A stretch of DNA of 64,000 nucleotides from Balanoglossus misakiensis (taxonomy: Eukaryota; Animalia; Hemichordata). The first letter of the stretch is position 1. Every line of letters begins with the position of its first letter. The notes beneath the pieces were generated by a model. That model saw only the letters and a program-made list of their open reading frames with translations, was not told the DNA's origin and searched no databases. Where the stretch lies: contig CM082578.2 of assembly GCA_040954595.2 (NCBI GenBank), positions 8,417,519 through 8,481,518 on the forward strand, read 5' to 3'. Made by a program: the position numbers and the translations under genes. Shown in pieces: positions 25,401 to 37,391 of the stretch.

Positions 25401-28400
25401 TGTGCATACCTAATTCCAGGCCAACCAATAGGACTAGAGGTTTGATTTTTGCTGAACATGAACCAGTATGGGGTCAAAATTTCTTGCCCAAATTTTGGGT
25501 GACCTCAGGTGACCTTTGACCTACTTTACCATATCTCGGCATGCACAGCAGCTACAGCCTTGGCATTTGGAGGGATGGAACTCCAGATGGAGCCTTACAC
25601 TTTACCTCATTAATTATGCACATACATAATTGTAGGCGAACCAATAGGGCTAGAGATTTTGTTCTTGTGGGACACGGACCAGTATGGGGTCAAAATTTCT
25701 TGCCCAAATTTTTGGTGACCACTTATGACCTTTGACCTTCGGCTTAAGCTTGGGCCCGTCATCGCTGCTTGCAGCTATATTTTTTTTTTTTTTTTTCTTG
25801 TGTAGTTTTTTTGCTCAGGTAGATCTTGAAAACGGCTGAACCTACAAATCTCAAACTTGGCACAATGGTGCAGGTCTATGAGAGCTTGTGCAGTACCCTC
25901 GTGAATGTGTAATTAGTCACATGACCTGATGACCATATATGGGCAAAGTTTTCAAATGGGCCTAATTTGCATATGAATGATGATATCAAAATTCTGTGCA
26001 ATCATTTTGCGGACCATATGGTCAGTGTCCTACATGCTAAATTTCAAGGCTCTGGGCCAAGTCAATTTTGAGAAGAAGATTTTTAAATATTATATTTCAT
26101 ATTTTTTGGACCCAGCCATAGGCCTATACTTTCTATAGTTAAGCTATGATGCTATGTCCACACCTGTGCAATGGTCCTGTACTGTGACTCTCTATTGGCC
26201 CGTGAGCAGAATGGGACCAAAATAAAAGGCAAAATTTTGGGCTCACCTGTAACACCTGCTTAACTCATTAATTATGTGCATACCTAATTCTGGGCTAACT
26301 AATAGGGCTAGAGGTTTTGTGCTTGTGGGACATGGACCAGTAAAGGGTAAAAAAAATTGCCCAAATTTTGGGTGACCTCAGGTGACCTTTGACCTACTTT
26401 CCTATATCTCGGCATCCAGAGCAGGTACAGACTTGGCGTTTGGAGGGTTGGGACTAAAATTTAAAAGCCAAAATTGAGGGTCACCTGTGACACCTGCTTA
26501 TCTCATTAATTATGTGCATACCTAATTCCAGGCCAACCAATAGGACTAGAGGTTTGGTTTTTGCTGAACATGAACCAGTATGGGGTCAAAATTTCTTGCC
26601 CAAATTTTGGGTGACCTCAGGTGACCTTTGACCTACTTTACCATATCTCGGCATGCACAGCAGCTACAGCCTTGGCATTTGGAGGGATGGAACTCCTGAT
26701 GGAGCCTTACACTTTACCTCATTAATTATGCACATACATAATTGTAGGCGAACCAATAGGGCTAGAGATTTTGTTCTTGTGGGACACGGACCAGTATGGG
26801 GTCAAAATTTCTTGCCCAAATTTTGGGTGACCACTTATGACCTTTGACCTTCGGCTTAAGCTTGGGCCCGTCATCGCTGCTTGCAGCTATATTTTATTAT
26901 TATTATTCTTCTTCCCACTTTTAAAAACAGCCGCTATTCGAAGACCGTTGCACCCAATGACTTGAAATTTGGCTCATAGGTAAAACTCAAAGCAAGTAAT
27001 TTTTTGATCATGTCACTATGGCAACAGGTCACATGACCTGGCAGCCATCTTGGATTTAAACTTTTAAATTGGTCTAATTTGCATAAAAAATGAAGAATCC
27101 AAATTCTGTTCAGAAACTTTGTGGACCATATGGCCAGGGTCCTATATGCCAAATTTCAATGTCTAAGTCCTTGCCGATTTTGAGGAGATGATTTTTAAAG
27201 CATTATTTTTCATATTTTCCATGACCATTGGACCCAGCCATTGGCCTATACTTTCCATGGTTAAGCTATGGCCCCCTAAGGATTTTAGATTTATGCCCAA
27301 TATCTCAACATCCGCTGGGCTGATCAGCTTCAAATTTTGTGTGCAGCTAGCCTACCTTCCGACAATCAGTTCCAACTGGAAAAAATAATATGGAAAATCG
27401 ACCGATTTTTTTATATTAATTTTTTTATGAAATCTATACCTATACTTATTCCACTATACTTAAGCTATGGCCACATAGTTTTGTAGAATTCTGGTCGGTG
27501 CAATAGTCTGCAGGACCAAAATAAGAAGCCAAATTTAAGGCTCACCTGTGACACCTGCTCAACTCATTAATTATGTGCATACCTAATTCCAGGCAAACCA
27601 ATAGGGCTACAGGTCTGGTTTTTGTCAGACATGGACCAGTATGGGGTCAAATTTTTTTCCCGAATTTGGGGTGACCTTGGGTGACCTTTGACCTACTTTC
27701 GCATATCTCAGCATCCAGAGCAGGTACAGCTCAGGTGTTTGGGTGGATGGGACCAAAATAAGAAGCCAAATTTAAGGCTCACCTGTAACACCTGCTCAAC
27801 TCATTAATTATGTGCATACCTAATTCCAGGCAAACCAATAGGGCTACAGGTCTGGTTTTTGTCGGACATGGACCAGTATGGGGTCAAATTTTTCCCCCAA
27901 ATTTTGGGTGACCTTGGGTGACCTTTGACCTACTTTCACATATCTTGGCATCCAGAGCAGGTACAGCTTAGGTGTTTGGGTGGACGGGACCAAAATAAGA
28001 AGCCAAATTTTAGAGTCACCTGTGACACCTGCCTAACTCATTAATTATGTGCATACCTAATTCCAGGCAAACCAGTAGGGCTACAGGTCTGGTTTTTGTT
28101 TGACATGGACCAGTATAGCGTAAACATTTTCTGCTCATATTAAGCGTGACCTCACGTGACCTTTGACCTACTTTTCCACATCTCAGCATCCACAGCACAT
28201 ACACCCTTGGCATTTGGAGTGATAGAACAACTAATGCAGTAATTAAATATGCACAAATCTATCTCCAGACGAACCAATAGGGCTAGTAGTGTCTCGAAAC
28301 CCGCTTATTGCTGTTCACAGCTATATTTGACCTTGTTTTCAAGAGAGTTAATGTTCCAATTTTCCCTACAGAATTTATGCCAATTAAGTTTGTGGCGGCT

Positions 28401-31400
28401 ATTTTGATTATGCAAATTCTAATCTAAAAAAATCGTTTTTCTAGTGCAATTAATTGTGCGATATGTATTTTATCCATGGGCAAATGATAAACATAAGTTT
28501 GAGGATTTAATGTTTGAGAAAGTGTACAGCATATGACCATTTGAGAAACAGTGCTGCTTATAACGGTATCATAATAGCATTTTTTGCAATTGTTACCTGA
28601 TTGAGCTGAAGACTACAGGGAATTTTATAATACCCTCTGATTTATTCAGTGAACGCCTCAAGTTCTAGCTTTGTATTATAAAAATCATGGCGCGAGTTGC
28701 TGTAAAAGTGTGAACATTGGAATAGAATGCTGATTGAAAATTGGAAGGTGTTTTTTTTCACCAGTACAATCCTTGAAATATAAAATGAATTATCAACTGA
28801 GAAGTCGTGAAGTGTCAGTAGAAACTTTCCTGAAGGTGACTAAATTTGCAAGCTGCTTTTCCATTGCCGCTGGTGTGACGAGTAGACTTTTTTTATGCAT
28901 TTTTCATGGAAGATTATTTTTGGTGATGCCGGGAATAAATCCCAAAAGATTGCAGTTCTCATGGCAACAGAGCTGATAATGTTAGCTGTTATAATGGCTA
29001 CTCATCAGAGCCATTGGATGGAATGAATGATAAATGAATGTAGCTTTGTGTTCAATCAAATAATATGGCGCATGATTGTGTGAATGATCAATGTCTGGAT
29101 TTTTTTTTTTTAATATCTCAATTTTCAGGTCATATGCTGGGGAAGTCCACTTTTACCCACACGCTATGGGTTCTTCATGTTTTCCCCGTCAGTTGAGTAC
29201 CACCACAGTTGATTTTGCGATACAAAATGATAATAATGTGCTGGTTTTGAAAAGATCTCTTCTTTCCGCCGCTGCCTACACACATTACGCACTTCCAGCT
29301 TTTTGTTGTGCCGTCCTTTACAGTCTCGTATGATTTTCAATTTTTTTCATGACGCTTTCAAGCAGCGGGCAGCCAGAAAAAAAACGTGAAGATGTCATTT
29401 TAATAAATTTCAATTTTCCGGCAGGATGTTGGAAATAGTCGTTTCCAATACAACGTCGGCTATTTTATGCTCTTTAAAGTCTTTCATGACTCCGCTCTTG
29501 ATAACTATTTAATCATTTATTTAATCATAAAATAATCATTTAGTTGATTCCAAGGTTGCTGTGCCAGAGTTATATGGCAATGAAAACATATTTTTTGGCA
29601 CGTCCGAGCTGTCTCCTATTTCCAAATCCTAGATTTCTCTAGTGATTGATAAATGTATATTTATATATAAAATTCAAAAGCAGTGAGCTAGTTGATTTCT
29701 AATTGTTACCTCGGGGGGCACTCTATGAAAACACTGGCAAACTGAGGTCAGTGATTTGCATGCAGTACGTGCTTTCAAGATCAAGATTTCCAAATATTAA
29801 CCATAATTGTCTTCTTTAAGCATATTTACTACATCACTGACTATAATTGATGTTTGGTACAGCATGATCAGGGAGACTAGTGTCTGTATTTCCTCATTTT
29901 AATGAGTGCTGATATTTTCCCGGAGTCAATATGTGTCTTCCTTTATGAGCTAGTCAACAAACTTTATGATCCCATAATTTTTCATGAATGTTGGCCATGA
30001 TGCAGGTATTAAAGTTAAACCCTTTGGAAATGCCTTCGGGCAAATTTGAGAGAGATTATTGAATAATGGCAGACATAGAGCCCAGAAAGTGATTGTAAAT
30101 CTTGAGTCTCCTCTCGGGGGATATTGAGATGTGACATTTATTCCAACTTATCTTCTCCACTAGCAAGGAGTGTCATCACGGGTGAATGAATTGCGAGTCA
30201 AGTAGTTTTGACCTAAGCCATTAAAAGTGTCCCACACCGTATGCCATTCTGCATTTAATAATTGCTCTTATTACGTTGTACGCCATTCTGAGAACCGCAA
30301 AGCGTGATGAACTGGCACTATTTGGCGATGTCTTCAACGGAGCATTTGGTGTCCTCGGCTTTATGTTTCATCTTAACACTGTGCAGATCCATCGCGTGTG
30401 CAATTAATTGCTTCTTTTCCCCAAGCTGACAATTTTGTGTGGGAAGAGAAATCTCTTCAGATTGCATTGCATTTCCTTTTCACGGTTCCTCTTCAAATGC
30501 AGGATATCAAGTGAAAGCAAAACTACACAAACTATTTTCTCAAAAGCGAAACTCTTTTCAAAAAGGAAATTATGCAGTCACGACTTAGACTGGAGTACGC
30601 TGTACTTTCCTAAAAACGTAAAATGAGATGCGTTTTTTTTCTTGAACAAGCTCAATCCAGTCTTCACACAGAGACGAACCGCTGTGAAATTTAAAAGCCC
30701 CAAACTTTCAAATAGGCAGAGAGCTGAGAAATTTCACTGTCATTCTTCGGTACTTGTTTGCAGTGTATAACTCAGATAAGTATTCTGCATCAGTAGCTTA
30801 TGTCTCAGAATCTCTCAAGAGAACAGAATTTGTTTACTCGCTGAAAACCAAAAAAAAAAAAGAAGATGTGTGTCAATACGTCACTTGAGAATTGATTCCT
30901 CAAAGGAGTTGAACATTTGTTCTGGAAGACGGGGGAGTTTACAAGGCAAATGAGGGATTTATCTGAGAGTGGAACGGCTGATGTTACGTATTGTGTTAAT
31001 CGCCCATCAATTGATCATACAAGTTGCCAGAGCTTTTCAGTGATAACACCGCCCGGTTGCTAGGAAACGGACGAAAGAGAGGCAGTGTTCAGTGTACAGC
31101 TGTTTTGTGCCCATTTCTGGGGGAGTTGTAGCTTTACGACAGCGGAAAGTGTTTCTCACACTGCCATTGTCGAGCTTAGCAGGTAACCTGACAACCAGGG
31201 TTGGAGACTGAAAGGGCAAAGGGACTGCACAGCTGCTCATATAGGGTTTCACAGAGTGTAGCAGTTGTGGCAGCCTGTTCTTGACTATTTCATCACGCCT
31301 CAAAAATCGGATTTACACCTTTCACCCACGCATACTCGACTCAAAGAAGCTTCACAAAAATCAAAGTCAGTTGTCACTGCATCCATGTGCACATATGGGA

Positions 31401-32786
31401 TAACAGAAACAAAGTACGGTGCCTAAAAAATTGACCAAAATTTCAAATTCAAAATGGCCATCAGTCTCTGGGATTACTCTCTGGAAAATACCGTTTTCCT
31501 TATTTCAAAATGACACCACACAAATTGAAGAAGTTAATTCATACTTCCCCCTGACAAACTTTCCTAAATGGGAAGATAACTATGCAGTTACTGAGAAACA
31601 GTACAGTGCTGCAGAAAGTCAGTGCAAATTAGAAACAGGTTTCTTTTTCCCAAACAGGCAGTTGTTTTCAAATATGTGAGTCAACAGTGTAAAAATAGCC
31701 AGTAGTACTAGGTGGGTGTGCTAAAGTAGGAGCTTAAGCAGTATGTGGTTGTTCAAGTTAGAAGCTCCTAGATATTTTTCCCTCAGAATCAAATTTTATC
31801 TTGAGTTGCAACAACAACAGAAAACCCCACAACCGCAGTACAGTGGCTATACCAAGAGATTTCTTGAAAATACCAGTGGCCTTAGCAAGGATTGCAATTC
31901 TCCGCATTAAGTGAAAAAAAATCATGTATTAATTTTGTAATGTACAGAGATATGGCTTAGGGCTATAACTGTTTAGACAAATATCAGTCGGGACTGGCCA
32001 CTCACCCCAAGGGTACAATCATTGACAGAAATGGTTAACATGTACTGATCTATCCACCATCTACGTCACATCTTCCTGAGCTCGTTCAATAGAAGGCATT
32101 TAAGATGTATGTGGATCAAGGCATATAACAAGGAACATGTGTTGGAGCTGCTTTACAGCATATGAAGTATTTTCTTGTTATCGGTCTGGCAGATCAATGT
32201 GCCAGACTCATGTTGTTGATTCAAAACCCACAGAATTTAATACCAGACAGGAAAACATTGCCTATGTATGACGCATATGATGTCACTGGTTATGTTAATT
32301 GGTTGACCAGACTTCAGTGTTGACGATCAAGTGTAGAAGTGGCCCCATAGAAATTTGAAGATCTGAAGTATGTGTTGCTGACGTACGTGAAAGCCATAAA
32401 CCAACACCCACCTCTGTATAAAGACTATTTTGTCTGTCTCGGCTGAAATGTGTCCACTGATGGATTAACTTAATTGGGTAAAAACTTTGTTTACCATAGG
32501 TGGCGCTCTAACTAGGGCACTTCGTTTAATGGTTGTGTGCATGAGGTAATCATGTGCAATTATCTCAATGTAAAGCTGGACAAACAATATTGAGAAAATG
32601 GAGATTATTTTACCTTATGCTACAATATTTGGTATGTACATGTATCACAACTGTTAAAAAGTGCTTCCAGCATCTTGGGAACAGCATCTCATAACATTTA
32701 TCTTTCTTTCAATTTTTTTTACCCGCCCAGATTTTGACGACTGTTTTGATGATGATGAAGTTCTGACCCCTGTGACACCAAGATGA
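16413..32786 (+). CDS. 431-aa predicted N-myristoylated, largely disordered protein with a C-terminal COPS9/CSNAP(MYEOV2)-like motif; exons 16413-17652 and 32731-32786
   Basis: Exon 1 ORF starts MGCGMS and reaches VHVHQDFFN-G|gtgagt (phase 1). Acceptor tttttttacccgcccag|AT at 32731 continues in phase as DFDDCFDDDEVLTPVTPR*; the other two frames stop at once or within 12 codons. Candidate AATAAA at 35367. Confidence 0.75.
19900..20030 (+). pseudogene. possible sushi/CCP-domain exon remnant
   Basis: SFECDEGFILERNVEVICQ resembles the sushi core F-x-C-x-x-G-F-x-L-x-G-x(4)-x-C; no intact exon context. Confidence 0.25.
20770..21313 (-). pseudogene. possible decayed C-type lectin gene nested antisense in the intron
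   Basis: Signal-peptide-like MGRIPAWNIFYHTFAVLEIVAVEG after an acceptor, then in order across shifting frames EHSCFDFIHES, LIGL, NEGNWT..DNY, DRCIA, WKL...KPYICM. Confidence 0.35.
23374..23544 (+). repeat. 3 x 57-bp tandem 5' heads of the inner HINE-like element (hairpin TAGGGCACAAGCC-AAGCA-GGCTTGTGCCCTA)
   Basis: Identical units start at 23374, 23431 and 23488. Confidence 0.95.
23545..26893 (+). repeat. 3 x ~1113-bp near-identical bodies of the inner HINE-like element, each with ~240-bp subrepeats and a 3' end GCTTGGGCCCGTCATCGCTGCTTGCAGCTATATT
   Basis: Units at ~23568-24668, ~24682-25780 and ~25796-26893, separated by poly-T; the ORF track repeats with period 1112-1113. Confidence 0.93.
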
Positions 32787-33507
32787 TGGTTCATGCATCT
32801 TCCAACAAGATGAGTCAATAGCTAAGAATCTCTGGCGATTAGAGAGGCACGGATGGTTGTCCTGGTGACAGAGGCAAGGCGGAGACGATAGTGACTCGGG
32901 CAACTGGGTAAAGATCATTTCATTTTTCCAAGAACAACTTGCAAATCAAAATGTTGGTTTGCAAACCATTTTCTAACATCACAAGTCGAGTTGACTATAA
33001 ACATTTGAATAATTGATGTTACACTTACACAGTCATTCTTCATTGCACAATCTTATCAGCTTTTTAAAGCTTAAGCTGTCACAAAAAATTCCTACAAGAT
33101 AAATAATTCTGTATATTTTATAGAATATTCAAGTGCTCAGAATGCTTGCTACACCTTTGTCACACTGTGTTTGCTGTAAAATTGATGAAAGTACAAAACA
33201 CGATTCTTTGAAAGACTCTAGTGTATTTATACAACTTCCATATCAGTACATATAGTCGTTTGACGAGTGGTTATAGATCATGCTGGGTATATATTCGTGA
33301 GATTGAGCCGCTGCAGGACTCACTGCCATCTCCTGTTTACCCTATGAGACAGCCTTAGTTCACACCGCCATCCTTTCTCTTGTGTCTCTGGTGCCCTGTT
33401 TGGGTCATTGTTCATCTCTATTTCATAAGTGCTCAAATGACATGCTCAATTGTTTGCTTTGTCATCATATATGTATATTAAATTCACTCGGATGGAAATA
33501 AGCATAG

Positions 33508-33573
33508 CGAGAGAGAGAGAGAGAGGGAGAGAGGGAGTAGAGAGAGAGAGGGCAAGAGAGAGAGAGAGAGAGA
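33508..33573. repeat. (GA)n microsatellite
   Basis: Directly visible. Confidence 0.9.
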
Positions 33574-35961
33574 CATTTGAGAGAAGTTTAATTTGTGGCT
33601 GTGTTCACTTGAATGATGATACTGTCAATTTCAATTGCCATTTAATAAGACGACATTTTATATTCTGCAGTAAACTTGTTCAGTAAAGGGCAAGGTTTAC
33701 TTTGTTGTAGGTAGGAAACAAAAGAAAACCTATTCTCGTCAGTCAAATAACCTTGGTGCAGTTTACCTTCAGAAAAATAATAAGCACGACCTCCGATGAA
33801 CCCACTCCCAGCTGACTTTAACAATATCACTTTATACAAGTAATTCTTGTCAACACTCGCTCACAGTGCCGTTCTCTCCTTTCTCTCTGCAGCACGGGAT
33901 TTTGGCTTTTGCCAGATTGGGGCAATTTGGCTTCCCACATCTCATGTAAGTCATTGAAATTGGAGTGGACTGCAGACGTAACTGAGACTGCACGTAGCTG
34001 GCTGTATCTTCTGGAAGATGTTTATAGCACTGCTCTGACCTGGAGATGAACTTAACATTAAAAAAAACAAAAACAGGAACGTTGTTGACAGTTAATGATG
34101 CAGCTCCTTCTTGAGTTCATGCGGTGAAATGTCGATAGGGCTTCTTAATGACGAGAGCCTGTTCATCATGTTTCGCTGATCGACACATCCTTTGGCTCCC
34201 GGGTGATGGAGTCTGAGTGTGCAGTGTTGCTAGGATACGAAATGATCATGCTGAAAAATGAAACACCGATTTTTTTCGAAGCTCAAAGAAAAGACTCACT
34301 TTTTTTACAGTTTACCACGTCGTTGTTTTTACAGGGCTTTGGGGCGTTCTTTTCTCCGCTGAATAGAATTTTTTTTTTTTTTTACCGCATCACAGATCAA
34401 GGAACTAAATAATAATCCCAGTCTAAGACGTAATGAGACTGTAATTCCTTGAGAATAGGATCACAAAGCAGGCGGGGCATGCCTTCCAGCATGATGTGCG
34501 CTTCCATGGTGATATCTTTTGTCTCCAGACATGTCACAAGAAATAACACACGTAACATGATTCAAAAGTGAGCAGGAAATGCTCTACTTTTCTGTGAGAA
34601 ACCTTACATCGTCCGCTCGCACAGGTCGTTGGCTCTCAACCACTGTCAAGACCTTGGTGGGCAATGATGCTCTTGTAGGGCTACACAAAGGTTTGCATTT
34701 GTTATCCTTTGATTGTTACCATAGTAACAAATAAGAGACACCAAGTCTTTCAGATAATATGAAGTTATTGTCATTGAATTTACTCAATGCCTGGGAACAT
34801 CAATATATAAATTTGCAGCTTTTTTTTCTGAAATATTGTTTACAATTCTGATATACAAGTATTCTGCTTGAAGTTAGAAGTTTTGGATTGAATTAATTTT
34901 GGGTTAATAACAAAGTGTCAGTTGTTTAGAGCGTAATAGAAATATATTAAGCTCAATGACACATGTTTTTTTACTGATCATTTATAGATATTTACCAGAT
35001 AAAAAGATATTGTGATATTTTTATAAATATAATGGGCAGCTTGCTGTATGCATTGTGACAACTCTGTATTAATCACAAAATTGTTTCAATGCTGGAGCAA
35101 ATATTCAAGATTTATTCACACACCACCATTGTAGTTCCGTCACCATGAGTAAGTGTTGTCTATGATTTTCCAAAGTTTGTAAGTTTGTGGACAGGCAAGT
35201 GGTTAGCCTTTGACATTATTTGGTCATTTGCATATACAATGTATTTACCACAGTTCCTATCTTTTCCAATAACTGTGCTATTAAGACATTTACAAAGTTG
35301 TATGTTGAGAAATTTTACTAGCCATGGTTAGAGCCACTCACGTTTATTGGCTTTGTTATTTTTCTAAATAAAATATCCTTGTTTTATAATTACTTGTGTG
35401 CTCAAGTTTGGTAAATGAATGACCTTTGGCTGACTGTTCATTCAGAACACAGACACACAGTTAGCACATGAGAATCAACAGGGTGAAGATTCAGATTGCC
35501 AAGTTGCTGAACAGAATTTTCAAGTTGTAGCCCTGGAATAAATCATGGATCACTGATCATGCTGATATAAAATCTGTATTTGCCATATTGCACGCCTTAT
35601 TAGCGTAGAGGGCGCTGTCCCACGACTGGTGCCATGTGCTGCATGTGCTGTTGTCCACACGGCGTACTATCCTTTCAGGTGACAGAATAGTGCGCAGTGA
35701 TCAAGATTATGAAAAAAAACTTCATATTTTCCTTCCATAATATCTTGCTACTAAATAGTAGTACTTATTCTTCATATCAGTACGAAATATATCCGTTGGA
35801 CTTTTTTCTAAAACAAGCCCCTCAAAAATCATACACGTACCTGTTTTTGTTACCTGAATAACACCAGTGTCGGTTACACGAATAACCAACCCAGTTTAAA
35901 TGCAGAAGACAAAACTTTCTGCAGCTGCTGCATTTTAATTTTGCTCAATATATATGAATTA

Positions 35962-36572
35962 TTAAAGCCCCAGTATTTCTCGTGTGCATCCATTTTTCAT
36001 CATCGAAAAACGCCCGTTTTTCCAGTACATCCATCATGGAATACTATATAATGAAGATGTAAGAAAGGTTTGGGCAATTGTAGCTACATGCAAGCCGAAA
36101 ATATCGCCCGTAACACTTGAAATGATGCGCGGGTTTGTTTACAACGGAAATGTTGTACATGTCGATCAGCAAACGTGCCACTTTGACATTTTGATGGTCA
36201 GACCATTTTCGGATTTGATCTGGTTCCATCGACTGATTTCTCCCATAAAGTTATCTTCCCAAAATTTCGCCGAATTAGTGCGCATTTCTTCGCTGAGTCG
36301 CTTGATTTGGGGCGACCAAACCTCTTCCGCATAGATTCACATTTGAGTGCGCATGCGCACTAGTCACGTGTGTCAACATTAGCCTGACTCACGTGACTTT
36401 CTGTCCGGACAGAAAGTCATTCTTCACTCGTTATATTGTAAATTGTATGAGTTTATCAGCAGAGCTGGGGATGATGACTGTTCGATTCAGTATCAATTAT
36501 CATCTACTTTTAGAAATTATAGATGCCGTTTCAAACAAAATTTTGCCCCTACGAGAAATACTGTGGCTTTAA
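35962..36572. mobile_element. ~600-bp non-autonomous DNA transposon with TTAA target duplication (Kolobok-like termini)
   Basis: TTAA-AGCCCCAGTATTTCTCGT ... ACGAGAAATACTGTGGCT-TTAA (17/18 match). Confidence 0.75.
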
Positions 36573-37199
36573 ACGTTTCTTTTGTATCCCTATTTCACAT
36601 GCACAACATACCACGCGTCAATGACAGCGGGCGTGCTGCTGCTTGTGGTTGATTACCTTCGTGCAGGTGGCAAACACGTGCCTGTGTGAACTGACAGAGT
36701 AGATACTGGGAAATTTTTAACTGAAATAAATTCGATACAGTTAGGCCTTGTTCTTTTTTGTACGTAAAACATATTTTACCAGCCCATCCAAAACACTTGT
36801 GTTGGTGAACCTGTACGTTCCCTACACAATCTGCCTGTGATCTGCACCCCTTTTCAACAGAAGTCACAGTCCCTCTGTGTGATAGAGGGACTGTGGAATG
36901 GCCAATCTTGCCTGAAGACTGGAGACATGCTTTGCAACCCGGGTTTGCAACTACATCGTACTACATTTGTACATGTATATACTAGTATGGGCTCTAGATA
37001 GCACTCAGCAGTTCGTTTTCTTTCGACGTTTGGTGAAATTGGTGGTGAACTAGCCCTGCGTACAGCATGTACAGGGGGGCCGTGTAACGCCGCAAACACA
37101 CAGTCCTGTACGCAAGGCTGGTGAACATGGCATTGACAATACATGTACCGACGTCACATGAAAACATGCGGCAATGTCGTAAAAGAAAGTTTACGTGCT

Positions 37200-37391
37200 G
37201 ATTTACAAATCCACGCCAGAAATCATACATATTTGCATGTCTATCGAAATGGTAATCACTTCCAAACTGAGTTGTGACGAGTTGTTTCGTGCCGTGTGCA
37301 AAACACGTGCGGGTAAAAAAGTAGGAAATTGTCGCGTTTCACTGGACTGCTAATTTCAGGCACACATTTGACGAAATAATCGTCGTAAGAG
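37200..37391 (+). promoter_or_regulatory. putative non-coding first exon / CpG-rich promoter of CNBP (start approximate)
   Basis: Strong donor GAG|GTAAGT at 37392 within a CpG-rich region (~36600-38400); YY1-like CGCCATTTT (~37774) and AATGGCG (~38364) lie downstream. Confidence 0.5.

Larger units (their letters stand above)
23318..28328 (+). mobile_element. outer Helentron-associated (HINE/DINE-1-like) non-autonomous element, interrupted by the nested array at 23374-26893
   Basis: 5' subTIR GGGTTTCGAGAC (23323-23334) with nearby inverted copy (23342-23353); 3' subTIR GTCTCGAAACCC (28291-28302); 3' stem-loop GCTGTTCACAGC then TATATTT; T-rich flanks without a TSD; three ~240-bp internal repeats at ~27513-28230. 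Confidence 0.75.
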
